Source of the DNA: Felis catus | Lineage: Eukaryota | Length of the DNA stretch: 64,000 nucleotides | Assembly: GCF_018350175.1 (NCBI RefSeq) | Contig: NC_058368.1 | Coordinates: 54,376,001-54,440,000, forward strand | Direction: 5' to 3' | Shown here: in pieces, positions 51,181-64,000 of the stretch | Layout of the letters: every line of letters begins with the position of its first letter | Numbering within the stretch: the first letter of the stretch is position 1 | The notes under the pieces: model-generated | The model's input: the letters and a program-made list of their open reading frames with translations, nothing else | Database searches by the model: none | Told to the model about the DNA's origin: nothing | Position numbers and translations under genes: made by a program

Positions 51181-53191
51181 TTACAGCATGATGAGGCAAA
51201 AGATATTCCACCTATTATTTATCTGTCATCATCATCTATTCGTCATTCATCTACCTTCTGACTTGTTACAAAACACATTCAATGTGGAAAAAGCTATTCT
51301 ACTAAAAGAAAACATGCACATCTTCTGGGAGTTATAGTAGCGTACTCAGGAATTTCAGGCAACCACTTGAATTTGATGTTACCTCTCCTTCACTCTGTCC
51401 TTCATGCTTTAACATGAAGGTCATATAGAAATAGGAATGAATCTTCATGAACTGAGTAAATTACACTTTCCTCTCCCTGTGCAAAGCCTGTAGTTTCCTC
51501 AATGGAGTGAAGTAGGTTTGTTGACCTCCATTATCTGGATTTGTAAGGTATCAAACAAATCATTTCACTAGGTCTGCACTTCTCAATTTGGGGAAGGCTG
51601 ATACAACATGTGATACTAAAGCAGGAAACTAAAATCAGAAAATATAAAAGCAGCCACATTAAAGGGTAGCTTAAGAAAGAGGTACAAGCCAATCAACGTT
51701 GAAGTTAATAAGAAGTGGACAGATCATTCTGCTTGGTAGGACTCATGATTAAACTTCAATTCCACATGGCACTGTGCAACTGGATATAGATGGATGACTT
51801 CAGATATCAAGTGAGGACATAAAATACTGAAAGAAGAAGCAAAATTCCAAAATAACTTTTGTGGTTGTAATGTACTCTTTTATTTTGGAGAATTTTTTCA
51901 TGGTTTGCATATTATTAACAACTCCAGATGGGTGGATTTGCCCAAGAGCCACGCTATAAATCATCATCAGAGTTGGTTGTGATAGTTACTATTAATGCTT
52001 GTGTTCCATACTAAAATGTCTTTTTGTCTGACTTTCTCTTCTTCCTTTGCATTCTACTGATCATCAATCACAAAGGCAGCTTGGCCATTTCTCTCTGTCT
52101 TGCCTCAGTGAACTTCGACTTTCCTTGACCATTAACCCCTCACTGGAATGCACACAGCCTGTACGCCTCTCTGGGCTCCTATTCACCTCTCCCAATGAGC
52201 CTCTCTTCCTGGCACTGAGCTGTAAGGCAATATTTTCCATCTGTTGAATGAAGAGCATGACACATGCAGTTCGATATGGTTTTGGGGCCCACAGCAAACC
52301 AACGATGCACAACTCACTTTTATTCCACAAGCCTGTGGGAGCCCAGAAAGATAAGAGACCTTTCTGCTAGGCTGAACACAGAGCCTGGTATTCAGAAACA
52401 AATATTCCTTCCTGAAACACTCAATATGTTTTATATTCAAGCCAGAAACATTGTGGGTTGGAATAATCTAAGGATAAATCTAATCGGAAGTTATCTTGAA
52501 ATGTGTGAGCAAGCTTCTCTTTCATACACCAGCTGTTTTCTTTCCAAAGAATGTTTACTGGGTGGGGGATTAGCCTGTTTATTATGCAGTAGCAAGAAAG
52601 TTTTGTCTGTTTCAACAGAACCTACAAGGCCTCTCCAAGGAGGAGAGATGAAGAATGGTTCATCATGAGCTCAGAGAAATTTGGGGGGCTCTGAGACTAT
52701 CACATCCTAAATATGGGAAGATTTTTCTTTATATAAAAAGCATTTACAAATGTGTCATGGCTGCTAGTTCTCAATATCAGAATGTTTGTGCCAAATTCTT
52801 AAAATAACATTGCTAAGGGTACAAAATACTTTTTACAAACACTATGTCATGCTATAAAGGGTTTGTGATAATTGCTAATATATATGGTTCCTTAATATAC
52901 ACATTTGGGGAGAAAATTGAGTTTCTAGGTATTCTTAATAGGATCATTACCTTCATTTTTTAAATTTTTTATATTAAATATAATTTATTGTCAAAACGGT
53001 TTCCATACAACACCCAGTGCTCATCCCAACAAGTGCCCGCCTCAATGCCCATCACCCACTTTCCCCTCCCTCCCACCCTCCATCAACCTGTTTATTCTCA
53101 TTATTTAAGAGTCTCTTATGGTTTGCCTCCTTCCCTCTCTGTAACTTCTCCCCCCCCCCCACCTCTCCCCCATGGACTTCTGTTAGGTTTC

Positions 53192-56100
53192 TCAGGATCC
53201 ACATATGAGTGAAAATATATGATATCTGTATTTCTCTGTATGACTTATTTCACTTAGCATAACACTCTCCAGTTCCATTCACATTGCTACAAAAGGCCAG
53301 ATTTCATTCTTCCTCATTGCCAAGTAGTATTCCATTGTATATATAAACCACATCTTCTTTATCCATTCGTCAGTTGATGGACATTTAGGCTCTTTCCATA
53401 ATTTGGCTATTGTTGAAAGTGCTGCTATAAGCATTGGGGTACGATGCCCCTATGCATCAGCACTCCTGTATCCCTTGGACAAATTCCAAGCAGTGCTATT
53501 GCTGGGTCATAGGGTAGATCAATTTTTAATTTTTTGAGGAACCTCCACACTGTTTTCCAGAGCGGCTGCACCAGTTTGCATTCCCACCAACAGTGTAAGA
53601 GGGTTCCCATTTCTCCACATTCTCTCCAGCATCTGTAGTTTCTTGATTTGTTCATTTTAACCACTCTGACCTGCATGAGGTGATATCTCGGTGTGGTTTT
53701 GATTTGTATTTCCCTGATAAGGAGTGACATTGAGTACCTGTTGGCCATCTGGATGTCTTTTTAGAAAAGTGTCTATTCATGTCTTCTGCCCATTTCTTCA
53801 CTGGGTTATTTGTTTTTCAGGTGTGGAGTTTGGTGAGCTCTTTATAGATTTTGGATACTAGTCCTTTGTCTGTCATTTGCAAATATCTTTTCCCATTCCG
53901 TCAGTTGTCTTTTAGTTTTGTTGATTGTTTCCTTTGCAGTGCAGAAGTTTTTATTTTGATGATGTCCTGATAGTTCATTTTTGCTTTTAATTCCCTTGCC
54001 TTTGGAGATGTGTCAAGTAAGAAATTGCTGTGGCTGAGGTCAGAGAGGATTTTTCCTGCTTTCCCCTCTAGGGTTTTGATGGTTTCCTGTCTCACATTCA
54101 GGTCCTTAATCCATTTTGAGTTTATTTTTGTGAATGGTGTAAGAAAGTGGTCTAGTTCCATTCTTCTGCATGCTGCTGTCCAGTTCTCCCAGCACCATCT
54201 GTTAAAGAGACTGTCGTTTTTCCATTGGATATTCTTTCCTGCTTTGTCAAAGATTAGCTGGCCATACTTTTGTGGGTCCAATTCTGGAGTCTCTATTCTA
54301 TTCCATTGGTCTATGTGTCTGTTTTTGTGCCAATACCATGCTGTCTTGATGATTACAGCTTTGTAGTAGAGGCTAAAGTCTGGGATTGTGATACTTCCCG
54401 CTTTGGTTTTCTTCTTCAAAATTACTTTGGTTATTCGGGGCCTTTTGTGGTTCCAAATGAATTTTAGGATTGCTTGTTCTAGCTTCAAGAAGAATGCTGG
54501 TGTAATTTTGATTGGGATTGCATTGAATGTGTAGATTGCTTTGGGTAGTATTGACATTTTAACAATATTTATTCTTCCAATCCATGAGCATGGAATGTTT
54601 TTCCAGTTCTTAGTATCTTCTTCAATTTCCTTCATAAGTTTTCTATAGTTTTCAGCATACAGATCTTTTACATCTTTGGTTAGGTTTATTCCTAGGTATT
54701 TTATGATTCTTGGTGCCATTGTGAATGGGATAAGTTTCTTTATTTCTCTTTCTGTTGCTTCATTATCGGTGTATAAAAATGCAACTGATTTCTGTACATT
54801 AATTTTGTATCCTGCAACTTTGCTGAATTCATGTATCAGTTCTAGCAGACTTTTGGTGGAGTCTATTGGGTTTTCCATGTAGTATCATGTCATCTGCAAA
54901 AAGTGAAGGCTTGACTTCATCTTTGCCAATTTTGATGCCTTTGATTTCCTTTTGTTGTCTGATTGCTGATGCTAGAACTTCCAACACTATGTTAAACAAC
55001 AGCAGTGAGAGTGGACATCCCTGTCGTGTTCCTGATCTCAGGGGGAAAGCTCTCAGTTTTTCCCCACTGAGGATGATATTGGCTGTGGGCTTTTCATAAG
55101 TGGCTTTTATGATCTTTAAGTATGTTCCTTCTATCCAGACTTTCTTGAGGGCTTTTATTAAGAAAGGATGCTGAATTTTGTCAAATGCTTTTTCTGTACT
55201 GATCGACAGGATCATAAGGCTCTTATCTTTTGTATTAATGTGATGTACCACATTGATTGATTTGCAAATATTGAACCAGCCCTGCAGCCCAGGAATAAAT
55301 TCCACTTGATCATGATGAATAAATCTTTTTATATGCTGTAGAATTAAATTTGCTAGTATCTTGTTGAGAATTTTTGCATACATATTCATCAGGGATATTG
55401 GCCTGTAGTTCTCTTTTTTTTTTGCTGGGTCTCTGGTTTGGGAATCAAAGTAATGCTGGCTTCATAGAATGAGTCTGGACGTTTTCCTTCCCTTTCTATT
55501 TTTTGGAACAGTTGAGAAGGATAAGTATTATCTCTGCTTTAAATGTCTGGTAGAATTCCCCAGGGAAGCCATCTGGTCCTGGACTCTTATTTGTTGGGAG
55601 ATTTTTGATAACTGATTCAATTTCTTCACTAGTTATGGGTCTGTTCAAATTTTCTATTTCTTCCCATTTGAGTTTTGGAAGTCTGTGGGTATTTAGGAAT
55701 TTGTCCATTTCTTCCTGGTTGTCCAGTTTGTTGGCATATAATTTTTCATAGTATTCCCTGATAATTGCTTGTATTTCTGAGGGATGGTTGTAATAATTCC
55801 TTTTTCATTCATGATCTTATCTATTTGGGTCCTCTCCCTTTCCTTTTTGAGAAGCCTGGCTAGAGGTTTATCAATTTTGTTTATTTTTTCAAAAACCCAA
55901 CTCTTGGTTTCATTGATCTGCTCTACTGTTTTTTTAGATTCTATATTGTTTATTTCTGCTCTGATCTTTATTATTTCTCTTCTGCTGGATTTGGGGTATC
56001 TTTGCTGTTCTGCGTCTATTTCCTTTAGGTGTTCTGTTAGATTTTGTATTTGGGATTTTTCTTGTCTCTTGAGATAGGCCTGGATTGCAATGTGTTTTCC

Positions 56101-57206
56101 AGGACTGCCTTCACCGCATCCCAAAGTTTTTGGACTGTTGTATATTCATTTTCATTTGTTTCCATATATTTTTTAATTTCTTCTCTAACTGCCTGGTTGA
56201 CCCATTCATTTTTCAGTAGGATTCTCTTTAACCTTCATGCGTTTGGAGTTTTTCCAGAATCTTCTTATGGTTGATTTCAACTTTCATAGCATTGTGATCT
56301 GAAAGTGTGCATGGTATGATCTGAATTCTTTTATACTTATGAAGGACTGTTTTGTGACCCAGTGTGTGATCTATCTTGGAGAATGTTCCATGTGCACTGG
56401 AGAAGAAAGTATATTCTGTTGTTTTGGGATGCAGAGTTTAAGCATATCTGTCAAGTCCATCTGATCCAATATATCATTCAGGGCCCTTGTTTCTTTATTG
56501 ATTCTCTGTCTAAATGATCTATCCATTGTTGTAAATGGGGTATTAAAGTCCCCTGCAATTACCACATTCTTATCAATAAGTTTGCTTATGGTTGTGATTA
56601 TTTTATATATTTGGGTGCTCCGAATTTGGGGCATAGACATTTATAATTGTTAACTCTTCCTGATGGATAGACCCTGTAATTATTATATAATGCCCTTCTT
56701 CATCTCTTGTTACAGCATTTAATTGAAAGTCTAGTTTGTTTGATATAAGTATGGCTACTCCACCTTTCTTTTGACTTCCAGTAACATGATAGATAGTTCT
56801 CCATCCCCTCACTGTCAATCTGAAGGTGTCCTCAGGTCTGAAATGAGTCTCTTGTAGACAGCAAATAGATGGGTCTTGTTTTGTTTTTTAAATTTTTTTG
56901 TGTGTTTTATTTTATTTTTGAGAGAGAGACAGAGTGTGAGTGGGGGAGGGGCAGAGAGAGAGGGAGACACAAAACGTAAAGCAGGCTTCAGGCTTCAAGT
57001 TGTCAGCACAGAGCCTGATGTGGGGCTCGAACTCATGAACTGTGAGATCATGACCTGAGTGGAAGTTGGATGCTTAACTGACTGAGCTACCCAGGCACCA
57101 CGATGGGTGTTTTTTTTATCCATTCTGATACCCTATGTCTTTTGGGTGGAGCATTTAGTCCATTTACATTCATTGTTGTTACTGAAAGATATGGGTTTTG
57201 AGTCAT
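53192..57206 (-). pseudogene. L1 ORF2 (endonuclease/reverse transcriptase), frameshifted and SINE-interrupted
   Basis: MTQNPYLS..NVNGLNAP, NVYAPN and AGDFNTP (EN); [25 protein letters not shown] and IKYLGINL (RT); [13 protein letters not shown] (C-terminal); split over at least 8 ORF fragments. Confidence 0.95.
56880..57101 (-). mobile_element. Can-SINE nested in the L1 ORF2 endonuclease region
   Basis: GATGGGT(C/G)TT duplicated at 56868 and 57102. Confidence 0.95.
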
Positions 57207-57274
57207 TGTGATATCTGTAGGTTTCATGCTTGTAGTGGTGTCTCTGGTACTTTGTGATCCTTGCAACATTTCAC

Positions 57275-58153
57275 TCACAGAGGCCCCCTTAGGATCTCTT
57301 GTAGGGCTGGTTTAGTGGTGATGAATTCCTTCAGTTTTTGTTTGGGAAAACCTTTATCTCTCCTTCTATTCTGAATGACAGACTTGCTGGGGAAAGGATT
57401 CTTGGCTGCATATTTTTCCTGTTCATCACATTGAAGATTTCATGCCATTCCTTTCTGGCCTGCCAAGTTTCAGTAGATAGGTCTGCCACTAGTCTTATGG
57501 GTCTTCCTTGTTAGAGCCCGTTTATCCCTAGCTGCTTTCAGAATTCTCTTTATCCTTGTATTTTGCCAGTTTAACCATGATATGTTGTGCAAATCGATTC
57601 AAGTTATGTCTGAAGGGAGTTCTCTGTGCCTCTTGTATTTCAATGCCTATTTCCTTCCCCAGATCGGGGAAGTTCTCAGCTATGATTTGTTCAGGTACAC
57701 CTTCAGCCTCTTTCTCTCTCTCTTCCTCTTCTGGAATTCCTATGATACAGATATTGTTCCATTTGATTGCATCACTTATTTCTCTAATTCTCCCTGGTAC
57801 TCCTGGATATTTTTATCTCTCTTTTTCTCAGCTTCCTCTTTTTTCATAATTTTATCTTCTAATTCACCTATTCTCCCCTCTGCCTCTTCAATCCGTGCCG
57901 TGGTCGCCTCCATTTTATTTTGCACCTCATTTATAGCATTTTTAATTCATCATGACTATTTTTTAGTCCTTTCATCTCTGTAGCAACAGATTCTCTGCTG
58001 TTCTCTATCCCTTTTTTCAATCCCAGCAATTAATTTTATGACTATTATTCTAAATTCTTGTTCAGTTATATTGCTTAAATAGGTTTTGATCAATTTGTTA
58101 GCTGTCACTACTTCCTAGAATGTCTTTTGAGGAGAATTCTTTCATGACATCAA
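57275..58153 (-). pseudogene. L1 ORF1 remnant (start apparently mutated to TTG; no open frame)
   Basis: Lies upstream of ORF2; minus-strand AAGAATTCTCCTCAAAAG start and ATGCAGCCAAGAATCCTT..CCAGCAAG (MQPRILxPA) C-terminal motif. Confidence 0.85.
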
Positions 58154-58392
58154 TTTGGCTAGTTTTCTGTCCCTTATGTGTTTTAAAAGCTTGTTGTGCA
58201 CTCTGCACCTGCAAGCACTGCTATTTTAAAGGAGGGTCATACACTGTCCAGGGCCTGGCCCTTTAGGAGGTGTTTTTCAGGAGATTGTTACTTGCTCTTT
58301 TATTGTGACTTTGATTATTTTATTACCCTACTCGTAGTGATATTTTGGACCCTCCACCAGGTGTACTTTGATTTGTTTCTTGGAGTAACCCT

Positions 58393-58614
58393 GTGTGCCA
58401 GGGCAAATTTTCTTTACCAAATATTTCCTTGTCTCATCTTCCTGTGATCTGCCTTCTTACCTTTTGAAGTGCCCAGACACCTTCTCCCTTTCCTTAGCTC
58501 AGGATGGTATATAAGGCTCAATTGCTTGCTGTCTTTTTGGAGTCTCATATCTTTGTGGGGCTCCTGTACATAATTACAATGGCTTTTCTACCATTACCTT
58601 GACTGACTATTGTC
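58393..58614 (+). mobile_element. ERV1-type LTR fragment (MER34-like)
   Basis: CCTTAGCTCAGGATGGTATATAAG..GTCTCATATCTTTGTGGGGCTCCTGTAC..AATTA with TATA-like box; partial. Confidence 0.6.
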
Positions 58615-58831
58615 AGGATCATTAGCTTTTAAGTCAAAATAAGAGACACAACCTTGGTAAAGGAAGAAATGTTATTTAATAATATTTACTTGTTCAAACA
58701 ATGTCAATTGCTCTTCAGTGCATCAAAAATCAAATTCTACTTTCTCGTGTGGTTTTCAAGACTCTTTATGACTAGACCTAACCCCACTTTGGTTAAGCAG
58801 TACCACTTACCCATATTAAAACATCCAAACA

Positions 58832-59068
58832 GGGGCGCCTGGGTGGCGCAGTCGGTTAAGCGTCCGGCTTCAGCCAGGTCACGATCTCGCAGTCTGTGAG
58901 TTCGAGCCCCGCGTCAGGCTCTGGGCTGATGGCTCAGAGCCTGGAGCCTGTTTCCGATTCTGTGTCTCCCTCTCTCTCTGCCCCTCCCCCGTTCATGCTC
59001 TGTCTCTCTCTGTTCCAAAAAATAAATAAACGTTGAAAAAAAAAATTAAAAAAACAAACAAAACAAAA
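58832..59068 (+). mobile_element. Young Can-SINE (SINEC_Fc-type), full length
   Basis: CpG-rich, long tail, perfect TSD AAAACATCCAAACA at 58818-58831 and 59069-59082. Confidence 0.97.
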
Positions 59069-59339
59069 AAAACATCCAAACATTCTAGCACTTTTTTCTG
59101 CTGTTCTCTCTGTCTGAAAATCCCTTTTACATCAATTTTACATATTGAAATCCTAACCACATACTGAGGATACTTTTATTAATTTGTCTAAGTCTTCCTC
59201 TTTCATTAATTTTTTTCAAACTTCCCCTCCAGAAAAAAAAAATCACATTTTAACTGTTTTGTGCTCTTAATGGCATTTGTGTGTGTGTGTCTTTTTTTTT
59301 TTTTTGACAGTTCAGTTGGCAACTACATGAAAGCTACCT

Positions 59340-59551
59340 TTATTTAATTTTTTTTTATTTTTTTTGAGACAGAGAGAGACAGAGCATGAACAGGGCAGGG
59401 GCAGAGAGAGAGGGAGACAAAGAATCTGAAGCAGGCTCCAGGCTCTGAGCTGTCAGCTCAGAGCCCGATGAGGGGCTCGAACTCACTGACTGTGAGATCA
59501 TGACCTGAGCTGATGTCGGACGCTTAACTGACTGAGCCACCCAGGCACCCC
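59340..59551 (-). mobile_element. Can-SINE
   Basis: Full body ending in CCAGGCACCCC. Confidence 0.95.
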
Positions 59552-59599
59552 TTTAAAATTTACTTTTTTTATTTTTTTATGAAAGCTACTTTTTATTAT

Positions 59600-59815
59600 A
59601 CAACTGCTTTTAGACTCTGTGCTAGATGTAATATATGTGTTACCTCATTTCATCTGTATGACAATTTTTTGAGGTTAATAATATTATCTCAATTTACAAA
59701 TGAAACAGAGCTCAAGAAAGACTAGGAAGCTTGTTCAAGATTATTCAGTGCTAAGTGGTCAAACTGGAGTTTGAACATGGATATGTCTGATTTCAAAGTC
59801 ACATTTTCTTCTCTG
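59600..59815 (-). mobile_element. MIR SINE
   Basis: TTATCTCAATTTACAAATGAAACAGAGCTCA..GGAGTTTGAAC..GTCTGATTTCAAAG. Confidence 0.75.
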
Positions 59816-60661
59816 CCCCAGTTCTGTGGGTGTTTTTGTGGACATACCAACTGCAAGGCCTAGTCTTAATCTTTCTAGACTCTGTCCAGTTCTGTACTGA
59901 TGTTGCCAATCAATTTTTCTACACTAAATCAAACCTGTAAATTTTGGCCAAGTTTACTGAAAATGGAATCTAAAACTACCATTGGTTTCGTTTAGATATT
60001 TGTCTCAGATTCCACATTTGTTATATATGAAATATAAATTCCGATACATACACACAAAATACCTAGGAATATGAGGTTTATGTGTGCATAGTTTGTGTAT
60101 GGTATAATCCTCTACTGCTTTTCAAGTAACAGACAATTTATTCTTTTAATACCTGTCACTTAACAGTTTCTCTCATTTACTGAATTCTTTATGTTAATTT
60201 TGGTAGCTAAAGCATTGAGCTATGTTTCTTATAGACAAATAAGACTGAGATCTTTCAGACGCTAAATGTAGTCATGTAGAATATTGGGGGAAAGTAACTT
60301 AGAGACAATGCCAACCATGCCCTGTGGACCAAAGACATCTTACAAAATTTTCTCTATTAAAAGTCTATTATCAGCATGTGGTGGCTCCTAGGCATTAAAC
60401 AATTACAATTATGATTTCATGTATGCTTAATACATTTATTTGTCATTGCAAAGTTTAACAAAAATGTGCTTTTGCCAATTTCAGTGGAACAGGATATGTG
60501 TGTATGTATGTGTGTGTTTAAGAAGGAAAGTTATTGAATTAATTGGAGGAAGACCCACATCTTAGTTCCTTTCCACTTAAATTCTAATAAAATTTACATA
60601 GATCATCACAGTTTAGTATCCTTACAAGTATACTTACAAGTCACTTGGCCATAAAATTCTT

Positions 60662-60897
60662 TTTTTTTCTTAATTTTTTAAACATTTTTTTAACGTTTTA
60701 TTTATTTTTGAGACAGAGAGAGACAGAGCGTGAACGGGGGAGGGGCAGAGAGAGAGAGGGAGACACAGAATCGGAAGCAGGCTCCAGGCTCTGAGCCATC
60801 AGCCCAGAGCCCGACGCGGGGCTCGAACTCACAGACCGTGAGATCGTGACCTGAGCTGAAGTCGGACGCTTAACCGACTGAGCCACTCAGGCGCCCC
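60662..60897 (-). mobile_element. Fairly young Can-SINE
   Basis: CpG-rich; TSD GGCCATAAAA(A)TTCTT at 60647 and 60898. Confidence 0.96.
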
Positions 60898-62431
60898 GGC
60901 CATAAAAATTCTTATATGCAAGATGTAATCTATTCCATTAAAATACCTACAGTTATTTTGTGTACACATGCATAATTATTCAAAGAGATAAAATACTATC
61001 CCAGGCTCCAGTCTTTCTTGCTTCTAATGTATCCTTTCTTTCAGTTACAGTGATTTTTCTCAAACACAAATAAGAATTTAACCTGTTCTTCCTCAGAGTT
61101 CTCTCTGCACTCTATGACTTTCATAATAAAGTTTAAACTTGTTGGTTTATCCATCCAATGGTTTTTGACATGATTTCTGCCTATATTAGTGTTAACAACA
61201 CTTTAATTCCCCTCCATATCAAAACAAACATCTTTCTGCTTCTTGAATTCACCATGTTTTGGGGAGGGTCTAGAGATATTTAATGAAGAAGGAGAGCTGT
61301 ACATTGACAAGTAAAGGAAGAGGCAGGTTTAAGTGTGCTGGGTATGAGGAGGAAGGGTTTATTCTAAAAGCAAATGGAATCAGGAACCAGAATCTGGATG
61401 AAGGACAGGTGTTATTGGTCCCTAATGCACAGATCATTCCTAGATCTACAGAGTGAGAAGTTGTCTCAGAAATTGAAGACAGGAAATGAAGAAAGAATAA
61501 AAAGGAGAAAGGAGAAAGGAGAAGGAGAAAAAGAAAGTAAGCTTAACCTAATAGAACTCATCTTTACAATTCCATTCTACATTAACTATATTTCAGAAAA
61601 ATATTTTTCTGTTAGTATTACATCTACCTGACTTTATTATACTTGTGGCTTCTAGGTTATATCCTTAAAGGCATACGAATTGTTTCACATTCAATATTGT
61701 GAAACAAATATTTCTCACTTAATACTCCACAGTTAATAAAAAAAGTCCTGGGCATTTGTACCCTTAATTATTATGATTAAAACATGTATTGCGGCAACAG
61801 AAATTGCTAAATAGTGATTCAGGTCATGGATTTCTTTTTCTGGTAATTATTTAGTGCTGTTGATACAACATAATGGAAATAAATACTGTTTAAAAATATA
61901 GTAATAGATTTCTTTTCCAATGTCATCTTAGCATTACATAGCACCTAAAACTTCCCCAATACATTTACAAAGAGCTTTGAGAGGGAGCAGAAGGAAAAGC
62001 TGATTCTCATTACTCTTTTGAAGTTGAGACTAAAAACAAAAGATAAGAGTCGGAAATTACTTATATCCGAGCCAGCTTCCTATCATCATTAATGAAGTTA
62101 TCTTTATCTCCATGGGTTGTTTATTATTCTGATTTAATATAAAAAAGTTGATGTTTCTGAAAGACACTGTGTTCTTTTGAGGTTAGTAAAAAGCAGATAA
62201 TAAACTACCCGTAAACCCCAAAAAAGGAATGTATAAATCTACGGTGCAGTTTTTATTATGTTTCAGGCTTTTTTTGCTTCTTATGTATTGATCATGAACT
62301 ACATGTTTACATTAAGGTTTTTTTCTAGGCTTTGACATAAATTAATATTTAATTAAAGTAGAAAAGTAGATTCTTTAGAGGAAATTTTTCTTGGAATTAT
62401 AGAATTAAACACAGCACACATTTAACTTTTT

Positions 62432-62672
62432 ATATTTTGTAATATATATAATTTCACATATATATATGTGAATATATACTTATATACATAAATATATACT
62501 TGTAATATAAATATATATAATATTATATATTATATATATATGTATATATATTATGTATGTACATATACATGTACATATATATTTATATAATATGTATATA
62601 TAATATAAATATATATACTTACATATTTACATATATAAGTATATATATTCATATATATAAATATATATATAA
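62432..62672. repeat. (TA)n/(TATG)n-rich low-complexity tract
   Basis: Degenerate alternating purine-pyrimidine repeat. Confidence 0.93.
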
Positions 62673-64000
62673 GATTTCACAAATTTTACCCTTGTAAATA
62701 TCACCAAGTGAGTTATTATTACATATTGGATTATCAGCTAACATTATGATAAAATAGAAAGCTAAAATAAAAGCAGATTTCTTGTCAGCCACACCTGCTT
62801 AACACTCTGTGAGTTACTATGAGAAACATATACAAAGTTGCAATCTGATTGAGAGGCGAAGTTTACATACAGAAAACAAGCAGAGAATGCTATCGCTTGT
62901 GTAAGAGATTGAGCTGAAAGAATTGAGCTGAAAGAAGATGCTAAGCACTAACACTAAGGAAAATTGAACAGTTACCTGATGTTTCTCAGTAAGTGAATAT
63001 GGGGGTTAGAGTCAAATTTTATCATTTTTTTTTTCATTTTCAGTCTTGCCACTACGCCTAATTTTTTTAAAGAACGTAATATAAAGGGTAGTACACATAT
63101 TGTGTGAAGTGTTTCTGGGTGACATCGTGGAGATTTCTTTTCCAAATGTCATTTTAACATTACTTAGAGCTGAAAACTTTCCCCATACATGTACGTAGAG
63201 CCTTGAGAGGGAACAGGAGAAAGAAAAGCTTGTAGGAAAATTTTGAAGTTGGAAATAATTTTTGAGGAAGTAGGAAAGAAAACTGCCTAAGGAAAATCAA
63301 AGATTATTAAGAAGCACTAAATCCCCAGATGAGTGGACAACCACACATTTATGATCAGACAAATCTGTGCATTTGGGAGAATTTCCTGAGAAATGCTCAG
63401 GAGCTGAGGCATGATAATATTAAAATTCTAAGATTAGTAAATCATATTATGTTCATTTCAATCTCCCAGCCTCTTTAAAATTTTTGGTGCTCAGTGATTT
63501 GTTGTTAATATAAAGTGGAAATCCAATTTGTTTTGGATTTGACTTGCCTCTTCTCCAACCACTTAAAATCCCTCCATCCACTTGGAGATTCTCAAGGAGC
63601 ATCATTTTTAACATGGGTCTCTTTCAGTGATTGTTCTGAAGACATCCATCATCACTGTGTATGATGCCCAGTACAAAGAGAACTCTTGAAGAACTCTCAC
63701 ATCCTGATCTCTTCTCTATTCTTGCTTTGGTCTTCTGTTGAGAATGTGCTAAAGAGAAAGTACCTATCAATGTGTTACCAGCGTAAAATAAGATAAGCAA
63801 AGGGGCCTTTTGCTCAGTGAAACCTCTACCAATTGGCATTGTAATAAATAAAAATCTATCCATTTTTAATCCTTTCTACAATTCAAACTCAAAAGGAAAG
63901 GACTAAAAGTAAATGGGACAACTGTTTGTTTTCAGATCTTTCCCCAAGAGCATATTTTACAATGAAACAAAGGATGAGACCCCAGAGTACAGAATGAATC

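Larger units (their letters stand above)
52954..58392 (-). mobile_element. LINE-1 (feliform/carnivore), near full length, 5' UTR truncated, inactivated
   Basis: Poly(A) at ~52956, G-rich 3' UTR, ORF2 and ORF1 remnants; candidate TSD AGGATCATTA(C/G)CTT at 52940-52953 and 58615-58628. Confidence 0.97.

Noticed and set aside
53901..54878. 325-aa ORF, the longest in the window, as a gene or active retrotransposon protein
   Set aside because: Fragment of frameshifted L1 ORF2; the endonuclease region is interrupted by a SINE and ORF1 is broken.
58592..58600. CATTACCTT as the L1 TSD partner
   Set aside because: A longer match with a canonical endonuclease site lies at 58615-58628; either choice encloses most of the LTR-like fragment.
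58832..58910. tRNA genes at SINE heads
   Set aside because: A/B boxes belong to tRNA-derived SINEs; no cloverleaf gene.
63925..64000. Possible plus-strand exon after TTTGTTTTCAG
   Set aside because: Truncated by the window end, peptide not recognised, no donor visible.

Overview
A 64-kb, AT-rich mammalian window with no recognisable protein-coding gene, RNA gene or CpG island. The 27 tRNA-derived Can-SINEs, several of the young felid SINEC_Fc type, and a carnivore L1 point to a cat-family genome. The main elements are: (i) a disrupted ~5.4-kb LINE-1 on the minus strand (52954-58392) with ORF1/ORF2 remnants and a nested SINE; (ii) decayed ERV-L remnants on the minus strand at ~15.6-25.1 kb (LTR-like ends, tRNA-Leu-type PBS, gag and integrase remnants), split by an MLT1D LTR and five SINEs; (iii) many old MIR, L2, L1M and MER fragments and simple repeats. 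The ORF track is mostly repeat-derived or chance. I found no convincing new biological system. The most unusual structures visible in the sequence are: a 31-bp target site inverted between two head-to-head SINEs (23698-24096); an L1 whose target-site duplication also encloses a ~220-bp ERV1-LTR-like fragment at its 5' end; a young/old chimeric SINE tandem; and a ~130-bp twin-primed L1. Repeat family names come from recalled consensus sequences, not from a search, and boundaries of old elements are approximate.
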